A DNA stretch of 63,390 nt, the filler included, from Pelomyxa schiedti (taxonomy: Eukaryota > Protista > Evosea): the NCBI GenBank assembly GCA_020536535.1. It is 23 parts of 23 records of this genome, joined end to end, with 100 filler letters (N's around TTAATTAATTAA, not from the genome) between each part and the next. Parts side by side here need not be neighbours in the genome. Positions count along the whole stretch, not along the records: positions 1 to 1,061 come from JAHLWZ010002906.1; positions 1,162 to 11,466 come from JAHLWZ010001270.1; 21 more parts are not named here. One strand, 5' to 3'. The translations under genes were made by a program, and so were the position numbers. Under the pieces are notes generated by a model that saw only the letters and a program-made list of their open reading frames with translations, was not told the DNA's origin and did not search any database. The stretch's first letter is position 1. The number at the start of each line of letters is the position of its first letter. Positions 1 to 9,725 of the stretch are shown here, piece after piece.

Positions 1-1061
1 GATAACCTTTGCACTCTTTGGCAAAGAGATCAAGTTATCTGGAGAAATAAAATCTACCCCATGCAAGGAGAAGCGATCCTTGAGCCACTGGCACACTTCA
101 ATGATTTCGTCAGATGAGCACTCCTTGCAGAATGCTGCCGAATCAGCCAAGTACTGAACAGACTCACCGAGTCTGAAGTCCCAGTGTGGAAATGTCTCCA
201 CGAGACTTTTTACATCAGATACTCTGCCCTTCGTGGGGTGGAAGGAGCCAGCAACACCTGCACTGTTAGCAGGCCCATCTAAGTCAAAGGTGCTCACCAG
301 CCACTTGAAGATGTGGAGGTGACCGTTTAAAGCAGCCTGAAGTAGAGGTTCTCCCACGAGCTCAGTTCTTGTGAGCTGAAGTACGTCTGTCAGAACCCAC
401 TGAAGAACCTCCAGGTGGCCCGCCGCACAAACCCTCCTCACCAAGTTCCACATTCCCCTCTCACTCCAGAATTCATCGCACAGCAGAGCACCTCCTCCAG
501 GGAGCTGGGTAACAAATATATCAACACAAGTAGTGTCAACAAGAGAATTACCTACCGTGGTGCGCTGTGCAGTGAGTTGTTGTTGTGCCACCACACCCTC
601 TTTCGGCCACACAACACCGCCCTCCCACCTGCTTCCCAAGAACATCTTCGCCATCCCCAGGTGGCCTCCACAGCACAGCCCTGTCAGCACAGCCACCCAC
701 TCCCTCTCCCGCCTCATCATCCATCCTATCTCCTCCTCCATCTCCTCATTATTATCCACATCGCCATCCCAATCACTTGTTGTTATGTTGTCGTTAGTGC
801 TACTAGTAGTCCCCCCTGTCGAGGATTGTGGGATTGCGAGTAGGGAGCCCACTCTGGCCGCCTGCCGACGGCGCTCTCTGCGGTTCTTCGCGTTGTTGGC
901 GATGATCCACGCCACGCACTTGGGGCTCAGCGCCGCTGCCGCGTGCTCGAGGTCGCGGTAGTGCCCGAGCTCGCGGTACCGCGTCGGCGACGGACCCACC
1001 GCGACCGCGCGGGAGGCCAGGGCCACGAGGGGGAACATGGCCTCGGCCGTGGCGAGCACGC
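1..1061 (-). CDS. Ankyrin-like repeat protein, internal fragment (open across the whole first contig)
   Basis: Manual minus-strand translation gives ...AEAMFPLVALAS...VLTGLCCGGHLGMAKMFL...VRRVCAAGHLEVLQWVL...LLQAALNGHLHIFKWLV..., i.e. repeated ankyrin-type 'A..GHL....WL' helices. It is absent from the ORF track, probably because it runs off both contig ends. Confidence 0.7.
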
Positions 1062-1161
1062 NNNNNNNNNNNNNNNNNNNNNNNNNNNNNNNNNNNNNNN
1101 NNNNNTTAATTAATTAANNNNNNNNNNNNNNNNNNNNNNNNNNNNNNNNNNNNNNNNNNNN
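1062..1161. other. Artificial contig-joining spacer (N-run, TTAATTAATTAA, N-run); first of about 22 in the window
   Basis: The same 100-nt spacer with six-frame stops recurs at about 11467, 13419, 15708, 16829, 18353, 21787, 27181, 29196, 31994, 33615, 35023, 36237, 37446, 39158, 47174, 49537, 50859, 52170, 56988, 60278 and 61578. Confidence 0.98.
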
Positions 1162-1810
1162 ACCGTGCCAGTATAATCAAATACAGAAGGAAGTTACCTA
1201 GCCAGCTGGGATTACAGTTGGAAAGCGGAAAAGCAGGAGAGTGGGTTAGGGAAGTTGGGGTTGGTCAGTAGGTAGCTACAACTGTTCAGCAATGACAAAA
1301 AAGGAGAAGGATGTACGTCGGTGGTTGTCATGTCAGCAGCGGCAGGCAAGTTGACCACCTAAGTGTAAAAAAAAACCAGTGCTGAAAGAACAGATGGAAT
1401 TTACCTTGCCCGCTGGAATGATAGTTATCTGCTATGGGAAAAAGAAAACAAAGAAACAAGAAGCCACATACCAGTGGAAGGCTCGGAAATACATTAAAGG
1501 GGTGCGGCAATGCTGTAGGTCTTATTAAATATATTAAATATAAATTAATTTAATTGATTCAGAAATAAAACAATTAATATTAGATGGAAGAGACAAGGCG
1601 GGCGCCGCTTGTTCCTCTTCACCCCAGGGCGGCATGGTCTCCCCTCGTAGCAGCGATTTTTTTGATGATAGTGGAGATAAACAAAAGAGGCAAGTCACTG
1701 CACAGTCTCCAACCCCAAACATGCCATAGCGCGGCGAGACCCGATTCAACGAACACACACGCCGCGCTGCCGCCGCGGCGCCGCGCCAACCCCCCCGCGG
1801 CACAAAACAT
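1162..1810 (+). repeat. Left arm of a long, diverged inverted repeat (partner 6265-6812)
   Basis: 1162-1216 is nearly the reverse complement of about 6756-6810. 1607-1808 aligns in reverse complement to about 6268-6457, including an identical core cgcggcgagacccgattcaacgaacacacacgccgcgctgccgccgcg. Confidence 0.9.
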
Positions 1811-1876
1811 CAACAAATACCGGCAAAATCGGGCCGCTTCACGCTGCCTTGAGTGACAACCGCCGTTCAATTCCGT

Positions 1877-3130
1877 TCAATTCGTTGGAGCCACTAAGTT
1901 TGTGAAGAATAAAAAATTGGTTCTTTCAAAGATGTTGATTTGGTACCATGCAATGGAGTTCGAAAGGAATAGATCCTCTCGAGGAAGGATTCTGCAGTTC
2001 AATGCAAGAAACCAGGAGAGTGTGACGAGGGTGACTGAAGAGAAACCACCAGAAAAATTATAGGTGAGGAGAACAAACCCTGTTGTTGGTTCAATCACAT
2101 CAACACTGTTGGCAGACACTTGGAAGATGAATCCAAATTCTGCCATGAACCTCCTCACACTTTTACCTCTGTCCTGCGCCTGTGCCTTGTTGTTGTGGCT
2201 TGATTCTTTGGGGAAGAAGATTCAGAGGGTGTGCAAGGTCGTCAGTGTGATAGAACTTGACGAAATCCCAATCCTTGTTTGCGCGGAATGACACACACAG
2301 CAGTGAGTCAGACACCATAGACATCTCATCAACGTGGGAGAACATGTGTGTGGAAACGCCTGTTGATTCCTCCACACGTAAAACTGCATTGTTGTGGCAG
2401 TTCTTATTGCGATAGGCACTTGTTGTCCCCACAGTCTTCACAAGGAAGGAGTGGGCACCACAACCGGGGAACAAGGATTCCAGTCGTTCCTCATCACAAC
2501 AAGCGATCTGAATGGGGAACCAAATTCACAGTTTGTTGTGCTCAACAGAACCAGGCTTCTGTCGTTGAAGGTCTTCTCCGTGTCAACTACAAAGATGACT
2601 GTTTTGTTCTCAGGGGAGAACAGATCCGCTATCACAACAACGACCTCAGATTCGACACACTTGTCCATAAACAGTTTGACAGAGGTGCCGTCACAGCGGA
2701 ATGTCTCCACACCTGGAATTTCAACAACAACACTCTGCTGAGCCATGTTGCCGCCAATGTACTTCTTGTCACCTCCACCTCCACCACCACCACCACCACC
2801 ATAATCATGATTACAGATGATGGGTGCAACAGTCAGCACGACGGGGCCACCATCCCGCAATGGCCACCACGACCCCATGGCGACCCACTTGCTGTTATTC
2901 CAGGGGGGCTCCTCGCGGCTTCCACGCCGACGCCAGTGCTCATGTCCACGGCGCTCAGCACGACGCGGCAGCCGGTCCCGTGCGGTTCCCACGGCAGCGC
3001 CTCGACGACTCGCTGCAGTGGGCTGTCGCCGCCGCACCGCTCGATCGCCGCACCCGCTGCGAGCGCACCGAGTTGGCCGCGCGTCGTGGTTGTTGTCGTT
3101 ACTGTACCGTCGTTGGTGTGCTTTTTTTGA
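1877..3130 (-). pseudogene. Frameshifted, internally deleted paralogue of 3294-4637 (ARxQ family)
   Basis: Homologous pieces lie in four successive ORFs: TRGQLGALAAGAAIERCGGDSPLQRV / NSKWVAM...IFVVDTEKTFN / SDSLLCVSFR / RRFMAEFGFIFQVSANSVDVIEPTTG. Each matches the neighbouring plus-strand gene. Confidence 0.8.
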
Positions 3131-3293
3131 TCACTTTCCGAGAAAACGAAAGTTTCAGACCCTAGGGTTGTTCTTTCGGGTGGGTACTTGGCAAGTACCG
3201 TTTGAAATTTCGTTGTCGAGTCCCAATAAGTTACGCCACTTGTTTTCTGGGTTTCACTAAACAAGCACCATCAAGTCTTGAATAACAACCCTG

Positions 3294-4637
3294 ATGTCAA
3301 CGTGGACCCTCAGTGACGGAACGCACAGCGCCGACATCAGAGCAACCATCACCACGCGCGGCCAACTTGGTGCACTCGCTGCGGGAGCGACCGTCGAGCG
3401 GTGCGGCGGGGACAGCCCGATGCAGCGGGTTATGGGACGCGGCCCCGCCACCTCGTTCGTCCGCACGCTGTGGTCCGACTGGGTGCGTCCCACAATGCGC
3501 CTGTTCACCCTCCAGTTCTCTGGGCTGCGCCGCGGCAACTCGCCGGCGAGCCGGTTCCCCGTCACCTTTGGCGTCACCTTCAGCGCCTCCCCGCTGCTCC
3601 TCGGCGTCGCCTCGGCGCCCGCGATGCTCCCCAGCCGCTTCGGGGTGTGCTCCTGGGTCGACCGCACCCACGTGGTGGTGGACTCCAAGCTGTACCAGCA
3701 GACGGGGCTCGACGTCATCGACGTGGTCTCCCGCTCAAAGGTAGCATCCATCCGAGGGCCGCCGGATCAGGGCACGGAGTCTTACGTGAACAGCAAGTGG
3801 GCCGCCGTCGTGAGATACAACAGAAGGGGCGGGGTGGAGTTCTCGGCGCCTGATACGTTGGCTGTGGCTAGGATCAGAGAGAAGCCGGAGGACAAGGGGG
3901 AACGTAAGGGGGAGGGGAAGGATGATGGGAAGGAGACTGCTGGACGGCAATGTGTTGTTGTGGAGATGACTGTGGGGCACTGCAGTGAGTGCGAGAACTG
4001 CCCACTGAAGGTGAAGATGTTCAGGGACCAGTACGCCGACAGCGAGGTTGTGGTCACTCAATCTAGAAAGCGGGGATCAGTCACCTCCATTTTTGTTGTT
4101 GACCTGGAGCAGACGTACAACAGCGGGAGCTTGGCCATTGTTAGCACAACTACCTGTGTCTTACCAACTGGCCACTTGTTTGAGTCTATGATTGTTCTGA
4201 GGAACTCAGAGACTAAGGGACGCACCTTCATTGTCAGAACACACAAGGGCAACCGCTGTTTCGATGTGTGCAACCTGGATGAAGGCACAGGGATTGCAAC
4301 TCACATCATGCACAACGCTGTTGATATGTTTCGGGTGTCTGATGCACTGTTCTGTGTGTCCTACCGCACAAACAGGCTGCAGGAGTGGTTCCGAATCTAT
4401 CACCGCGACAGGCCCACCAAGTCAGAGAATTATCTTGTGGGACTCAGGCACAGCAAGGAGCACAAAGGGAAACACGTGAGGAGGTTCTTGGCAGAGTCGG
4501 GGTTCATCTTCAATGTGTTTGCCAACACGGTTGATGTCATTGAGCCAACATCAGGGACCTTTGTGCTCACACTCAGTTTTTCTCAGTTTGCCTCAATCAA
4601 CCTCACTGCACCCTTATCCTGTCATCTCTTCACCTAA
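3294..4637 (+). CDS. Intronless ARxQ-family protein (447 aa): conserved N-terminal module plus beta-rich body
   Basis: Long ORF with motifs TRGQLGALAAG..ERCGGDSP..TLWSDWV..FSASPLLLGV..NSKW..VDLE..DVIEPTSG. Confidence 0.85.
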   Translation: MSTWTLSDGTHSADIRATITTRGQLGALAAGATVERCGGDSPMQRVMGRGPATSFVRTLWSDWVRPTMRLFTLQFSGLRRGNSPASRFPVTFGVTFSASPLLLGVASAPAMLPSRFGVCSWVDRTHVVVDSKLYQQTGLDVIDVVSRSKVASIRGPPDQGTESYVNSKWAAVVRYNRRGGVEFSAPDTLAVARIREKPEDKGERKGEGKDDGKETAGRQCVVVEMTVGHCSECENCPLKVKMFRDQYADSEVVVTQSRKRGSVTSIFVVDLEQTYNSGSLAIVSTTTCVLPTGHLFESMIVLRNSETKGRTFIVRTHKGNRCFDVCNLDEGTGIATHIMHNAVDMFRVSDALFCVSYRTNRLQEWFRIYHRDRPTKSENYLVGLRHSKEHKGKHVRRFLAESGFIFNVFANTVDVIEPTSGTFVLTLSFSQFASINLTAPLSCHLFT

Positions 4638-4866
4638 TGAGCAGGTGAAGAAAAAGCAAGTAGTTGTATTCAAGCGAAGCAAATAAAGATATCGTATTCC
4701 ACAAGAAAAAAAAATGGCACATACTCATGCATCATGCATACACAGACCCACACCACCGTAGGTCTTTTTCTTGAGGCTAAATGGCTGAATAAAACAATCA
4801 ACAGACCGGAACGTTATCATCGCTCGGCGATCTGATGAAATCAGATCAAACTAACGAATCGTTGCG

Positions 4867-6072
4867 ATGTCGTCCTGCGTTTGTGATGGTGCCGGCGATT
4901 CGACCCAGCCCAGGGAACCGCCCCCAGAAATCGCTTTTTGTGTATCGATCGACGCGCGGAGCCAATTCATCGCACTGAGCGTCGGGGGGATTGTGGGACG
5001 GTGCGGGGCCCACAGCGCGGTGTCCTCGCTCACCACGGCGTCCTTGTCGCTCATTGGCCGCGACTGGATCGTGTTCCCCGCGAGGAGATCTGTTGTCTTG
5101 CTCATCAGCCTCGGGTGGACAGCCTCCCTGTTCGTCGAGTTCAGCGTGTCTCCCACAATGGGCGTCGTGGACCGCCCCGCCGTCGTCGACTACGGCAAGA
5201 ACATCTTCCAGTCCCGCGGGTGGGTCGGGCCAAAGTCGGCCGGGACCAGGTTCCCATTGGTGGCCTCTGAGGACTCCGAAATGCAAGTGATCGACCAGAA
5301 TTGGAAGCCTGGGAGCTCACGGGAATTGGTTCTGAACAACTCACCCGGAGCCATAAGAAGAAGCAGCAACGTTGTGGCAACTGTGCCGGGTTATGGGAAC
5401 TCATTGGCGGCCAAAGGGAGGTGGGTTGTGAATGACGAAGAATGGACCCTTGGCGGGCACGCTCTGGGACTGTGGGATTTTGGCGAGATTGAGAGTGGCG
5501 TGGTGTCAAATGCTGCAATCCCATGGCAGTTGGAAGTGGTGAAGATGGAGTTCCTTAGTGACGACTCACTGGCTGTTATGCACCAAATCCCAGCTGGCCG
5601 CGCAGTGGATGTCATCGACCTTGCGGCAACAATGCAACACAAGGAGCTGAGGGTTGTGAGCCGGTTCACTATTGGGCCGGAGCAGTCTGGTCCGTTTGAA
5701 ATGTGGTGTTGGGGAGGAAAGGTGTACGTGGCAACAGACAGTTACAAGCACCTGCTGTGTGCCACAACTGGTGAGAGAACAGTGCTGCCGGCTCCTCCTG
5801 GGTTGAGTTGCAGGGCGCTGCACCCAGTTGGTGGTCCATACTTCACACTGACTGAACTGTTTACGGGCCACACGGTGGAGGTGTTCAGCGTTGTGGAGCC
5901 AACCAAGGTGTGCTTCAGGTACTTCCCGAGGCAGCCCTGTAACATGACGTTTTGGAATGAACTGGCCCTGAGGGAGGATGGGACCGCATTTCAAGTCTCT
6001 GATCTTGCATCTGGATTGCCGATATTCACAATGACAACAGAAGTGAGGTTGTTTGTCCAAAGTGTTAATTGA
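4867..6072 (+). CDS. Intronless ARxQ-family protein (401 aa)
   Basis: Long ORF with ARSQFIALSVGGIVGRCGAHS..IGRDWIV..SVSPTMGVV..KGRWVV..VIDL..DLASG. Confidence 0.85.
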   Translation: MSSCVCDGAGDSTQPREPPPEIAFCVSIDARSQFIALSVGGIVGRCGAHSAVSSLTTASLSLIGRDWIVFPARRSVVLLISLGWTASLFVEFSVSPTMGVVDRPAVVDYGKNIFQSRGWVGPKSAGTRFPLVASEDSEMQVIDQNWKPGSSRELVLNNSPGAIRRSSNVVATVPGYGNSLAAKGRWVVNDEEWTLGGHALGLWDFGEIESGVVSNAAIPWQLEVVKMEFLSDDSLAVMHQIPAGRAVDVIDLAATMQHKELRVVSRFTIGPEQSGPFEMWCWGGKVYVATDSYKHLLCATTGERTVLPAPPGLSCRALHPVGGPYFTLTELFTGHTVEVFSVVEPTKVCFRYFPRQPCNMTFWNELALREDGTAFQVSDLASGLPIFTMTTEVRLFVQSVN

Positions 6073-6264
6073 AGTTCTCTTTCCGTGGTTTCTTTCATGT
6101 GAACCATGCTTTGGGCAGAAGAGTAAGAGTAGGGCCAGAAAGGCTTGTTTCCTTAGTGCATCAAGAAGTTGCTTCACCACAAAAATGTGGTTCGGAAACC
6201 AAGCCAAGTCCTTGTCCTGTGCGGGGGGCAAGTCAAATGAGAAAAACAGAATTTTTTAGTGAGC

Positions 6265-6812
6265 AAGGTTTTTGTGCCGCGGGGCGGTTGGCGCGGCGGC
6301 AGCGCGGCGTGTGTGTTCGTTGAATCGGGTCTCGCCGCGGCTGCGGCCTTGGCATAAATGGGTGATTGTTCAGTGGCTTGTGTCTTTTGATTATCGAACC
6401 ACAAAAAAAATCGCCGAGGGGAGGCCATGCCACCAGTGGCGCGAAGAGGAACAAGCAGTGGACAACCAGTACCCATTTGCTTTTTGTTGTCTTCTTCGCC
6501 ACAACTTGTTATTATTTTATTTATCGGAGTGTTTTTTGATTTTATTATTTAACGAATTTATTTTTAAATAATTATAATGTATCAACTTCTTTATTATTAA
6601 TTAAATTATTAAATAATTTTAATTACGTTTTTTCCATTCAACCTGTATTAGAAGTCTCCGCATTACACCAGTATTTACGGCAGCTTTCCACCAGTATGTG
6701 GCTTCTTCTTTCTTCGTTTTCTCATGTAAGATAATTTAGGTGCCGGACGTGGTGTCTGTAATCCCAGCTGGCTAGGTAACTTCCTTCTGTATTTTATTAT
6801 ACTGGCACGGTG
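6265..6812 (-). repeat. Right arm of the long inverted repeat (partner 1162-1810)
   Basis: Two homology blocks separated by an AT-rich spacer, in mirror order to the left arm. Confidence 0.9.
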
Positions 6813-6919
6813 GTATGTATCTTTTTTTTTTTTTACAGCTGCTGCGCCAGCTGCCGAGATGGCGGTGTAAGCAATCAAAGAGAAACCGAATAAATTATTT
6901 CGTATTCCACAAGAAAAAA

Positions 6920-8251
6920 ATGGGTGGAACCCTCAGTAGCACAACAGCAGGAACGAGCAACAACAAGACTACCACTACTGCTAGTACAACGGACATCCAC
7001 GCAACGGAACCTACTGTTGCAACTACAGCCACGATACCAACAATACCGCATCCAACAAAAAAGGGAAATACCAATGAAATGGTGAGTGTTCGTGGGAGGG
7101 TGAGTGCGCGTGACCAAGCGATCGCTCTGTTTTGTTGTTTGTGCACCACAAACATCAGAAGCCGATCTGCTTCAGAAGCAGAACCTTCCTCGTTGACTTC
7201 GCTGTGTATCTCTGATCTTATTCTGAGGTACATCTGCGAGACGTGGGTTGTGAACAAGGGCCACCTGGTTGTTGTCAACATGGATGTGTGCCCACCAGAC
7301 CCAAAGTGGCGCTGTACTCCGAAACCTGACTTGAGCACGAGGAGACTGACCAACGTGTGCGTCTGGGTGTCATCAACGCTGGGGGTGGTGGGAGAACCAA
7401 GGATACATAGCGGATTCTATGTGATTGGGATGACTGGGGACCACACAGCTGTGGTGGGCGACATTGCATCAAACGTGTCTGTTGTTGACTTGAGCAAGAA
7501 GAACCAAACCTTCCAGAGGACTGGATCATCAGAGATTGACAACTACATGTACCACGGATGGGTCTCTGTTGCTGCAAATGCCAAGTGGGTGGTGTTTGGT
7601 GAATCGACCTTCACTTCAGTTTGGAAGGTGGTGAATGGGAATCTCCAGGAGAATCAGGTGTTCCCTAATCCACTCAAATGGCCAGCGAGGTTGTATGTGA
7701 CTGATTCAGACGAACTACTCGTTTTCACTACCGAGAATTTTTCTCATTTAAAGATCACAACCTATGACCTGAATGACCCAGACAAGGCTGTAGGCACAAC
7801 AGTGATCACTCTCCCTCCATCTGTTCAAATTTTGGGCACAGCAGGAGTATTCCTTTCAGCGAGACAACCAAAGGAGCACCAGCAGCACATCCGAGTCCCT
7901 CTTTTCATCAAATCAGATCCCCTGGGAACCTGGAAGTGTGTGGTGTTCAGCAGCAGGCCACATGAACCACCAGAAGAGGTGTGTTCAACTGCAAGTATGG
8001 TGGCGAGAGTGGACAATTCCCACTTCTGCTTTGGCCATGGGGGAATACTGCACATTTGTCACGTTGATGATCCTTCTCATCCAACTCTGTTGTGGCAAAT
8101 TCCACCACATTTTATTGAGGTGAGGTTCACATGTGGAATGCTTCTCTGTATGTTTGACTCATCAATGGTTGTGGTGGACCCATTCACTGGCACTGAGGTT
8201 TTTTCTGTTCAATCGTGGGGCCCTCTCACTTTTCAAGTGCATCACATGTAA
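6920..8251 (+). CDS. Intronless ARxQ-family protein with possible N-myristoylation start (MGGTLS)
   Basis: Long ORF with SARDQAIALFCC..DLILRYICETWVV..WVSSTLGVVG..ANAKWVV..VVVDPFTG. ATG at 6920 is preferred over the ORF-track start at 6815. Confidence 0.8.
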   Translation: MGGTLSSTTAGTSNNKTTTTASTTDIHATEPTVATTATIPTIPHPTKKGNTNEMVSVRGRVSARDQAIALFCCLCTTNIRSRSASEAEPSSLTSLCISDLILRYICETWVVNKGHLVVVNMDVCPPDPKWRCTPKPDLSTRRLTNVCVWVSSTLGVVGEPRIHSGFYVIGMTGDHTAVVGDIASNVSVVDLSKKNQTFQRTGSSEIDNYMYHGWVSVAANAKWVVFGESTFTSVWKVVNGNLQENQVFPNPLKWPARLYVTDSDELLVFTTENFSHLKITTYDLNDPDKAVGTTVITLPPSVQILGTAGVFLSARQPKEHQQHIRVPLFIKSDPLGTWKCVVFSSRPHEPPEEVCSTASMVARVDNSHFCFGHGGILHICHVDDPSHPTLLWQIPPHFIEVRFTCGMLLCMFDSSMVVVDPFTGTEVFSVQSWGPLTFQVHHM

Positions 8252-8302
8252 TTACAAAACAAAAAGAAAATTGTCTTCTATCCTTCAAAGGTCTTTCAGG
8301 TG

Positions 8303-9357
8303 TTATGGAAAGTAAATGGGCATGAGGTCTTCATAAGCGACTTCGTTATGAACTGTATTTACACAGAATACCTGCCATGCAACAAACAAGTTAGAATATC
8401 ATGAAGGAAAAGTACACACACAATTCCATCAATGTACGACGCATTGTCAGCATCTTCAAGCCATTTCCGGGCAGTGCATAGAGCTATGTGGGCAGCAGGA
8501 TAAGTGGGGTATTTATAGTGTCCAGTACTGATGCAGCAGAAGGCAAGTGTACGAATCCCCCTTTCCCGGGCAAGGCATAAGCTGCTGTGGTAGCATGAAG
8601 ACAGAATGGGAGAGTTTTCACCAAGGGGTCCGACTGTATGTATGATGTACCTGTGAAAATAATCAGAATATTGTAGAGGTAAGAGAGAGTACTTTGCCGG
8701 TAACTTGTATCCACCTGTGAGTTTGGCTTCCCCTTGTGCACAGCCATCTAGTTTGAGGCATTCTGCCACAAGGTCCGGCCCTGCTGCTGAATGAATGGCT
8801 CCATCAACTCCACCTCCGCCAGTTAACCCTATGAAGCCTTTTTCAATTTTCAAATAAAAAAGTCAGTAATAATACAAGAGTGAGCCGCATTGACAATAGC
8901 ATCCACCTTCAGAGTTGTAATGTCACCATACCACAGGCATATCTTTTCATTGAGAGCCGGAGAGCTGTGTACACGCATTAATTCTCTGGATCAGTTGCAA
9001 TTGCGGAAATTAATATTTAATATTTGCTAAAACAAACAAGAAAAGAAAAAGAAGAAACCTCGGGAACAGAGGGGACTCAGGGACAGCACCTTTTGGGATA
9101 TCGAGGCCAATGGATTTGTGCAGGACCCTGAGCTGTGGGAACTTCCTCTGCATCGCGCACCTCCTCAGTGTCACGGGCCACTTTTCAAGTGCTGACCAAC
9201 CCACAACAATGTTGTCATTATGGGACTCCCCACCCGTCATTCTCCCACAATCGCCACCGTCGCCGACAAGTTGTTGTGTGCCCCCCGTAGCCGCACGGCT
9301 TGCGCTCTCCGCTAGGGCGTAGTCGAAGGGTGTTGTTGCAGGGAGTTGTGTTGCCAT
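8303..9357 (-). CDS. MacroD-type macrodomain protein (ADP-ribosylhydrolase / O-acetyl-ADP-ribose deacetylase), 5 exons
   Basis: Spliced motifs LNEKICLWYGDITTLKVDAIVNAA / GGGGVDGAIHSAAGP / GYKLPAK-YIIHTVGP / AFCCISTG.Y.YP / VFCV...LMPIYFP*. Confidence 0.92.
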
Positions 9358-9725
9358 TGTGGGAGTTGTTTTGTTTATTTTCCGATGGTGTGGCGGTTCA
9401 GTAAAGAGGGAATTGCCTCGTCACCATTTTTTTCAGTTCGAACGCACTTTTTCGTTTGGAGAGTTGGTACTTATTTCAGAAAAACTGTCACCAAGCAAAG
9501 GAATATTTGCCAGAGACAGCACCACGCTTTGCGGGTGAAAACCGTTGAAATGAGTGAGGTCTTGCGACCGCCGAATTGTTCAAACGGAATAAAGTAGTGA
9601 TTTTTAATCTTGTTCCACCAGCGATTAAAAACAAGATAATCCAGCTGTGGGATTGTGGGAGAGAAGGGTATTTTTAGGTAGAGCAATGAATGGAGAGTTG
9701 TATCTGTATGTATTAAGAGAGAGAT

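Noticed and set aside
415-961. Plus-strand ORFs in the first contig
   Set aside because: Shadow ORFs of the minus-strand ankyrin-like gene.
1062-1161. Regularly recurring TTAATTAATTAA palindrome flanked by Ns
   Set aside because: Artificial contig linker with stops in all six frames. Adjacency across linkers has no biological meaning, so no cross-contig gene clusters were inferred.
1600-1700. Spliceosomal snRNA (Sm-site-like GATTTTTTTG, U6-like GCATGG..CCCT)
   Set aside because: The diagnostic U1, U2, U4, U5 and U6 motifs are absent; the matches are too short.
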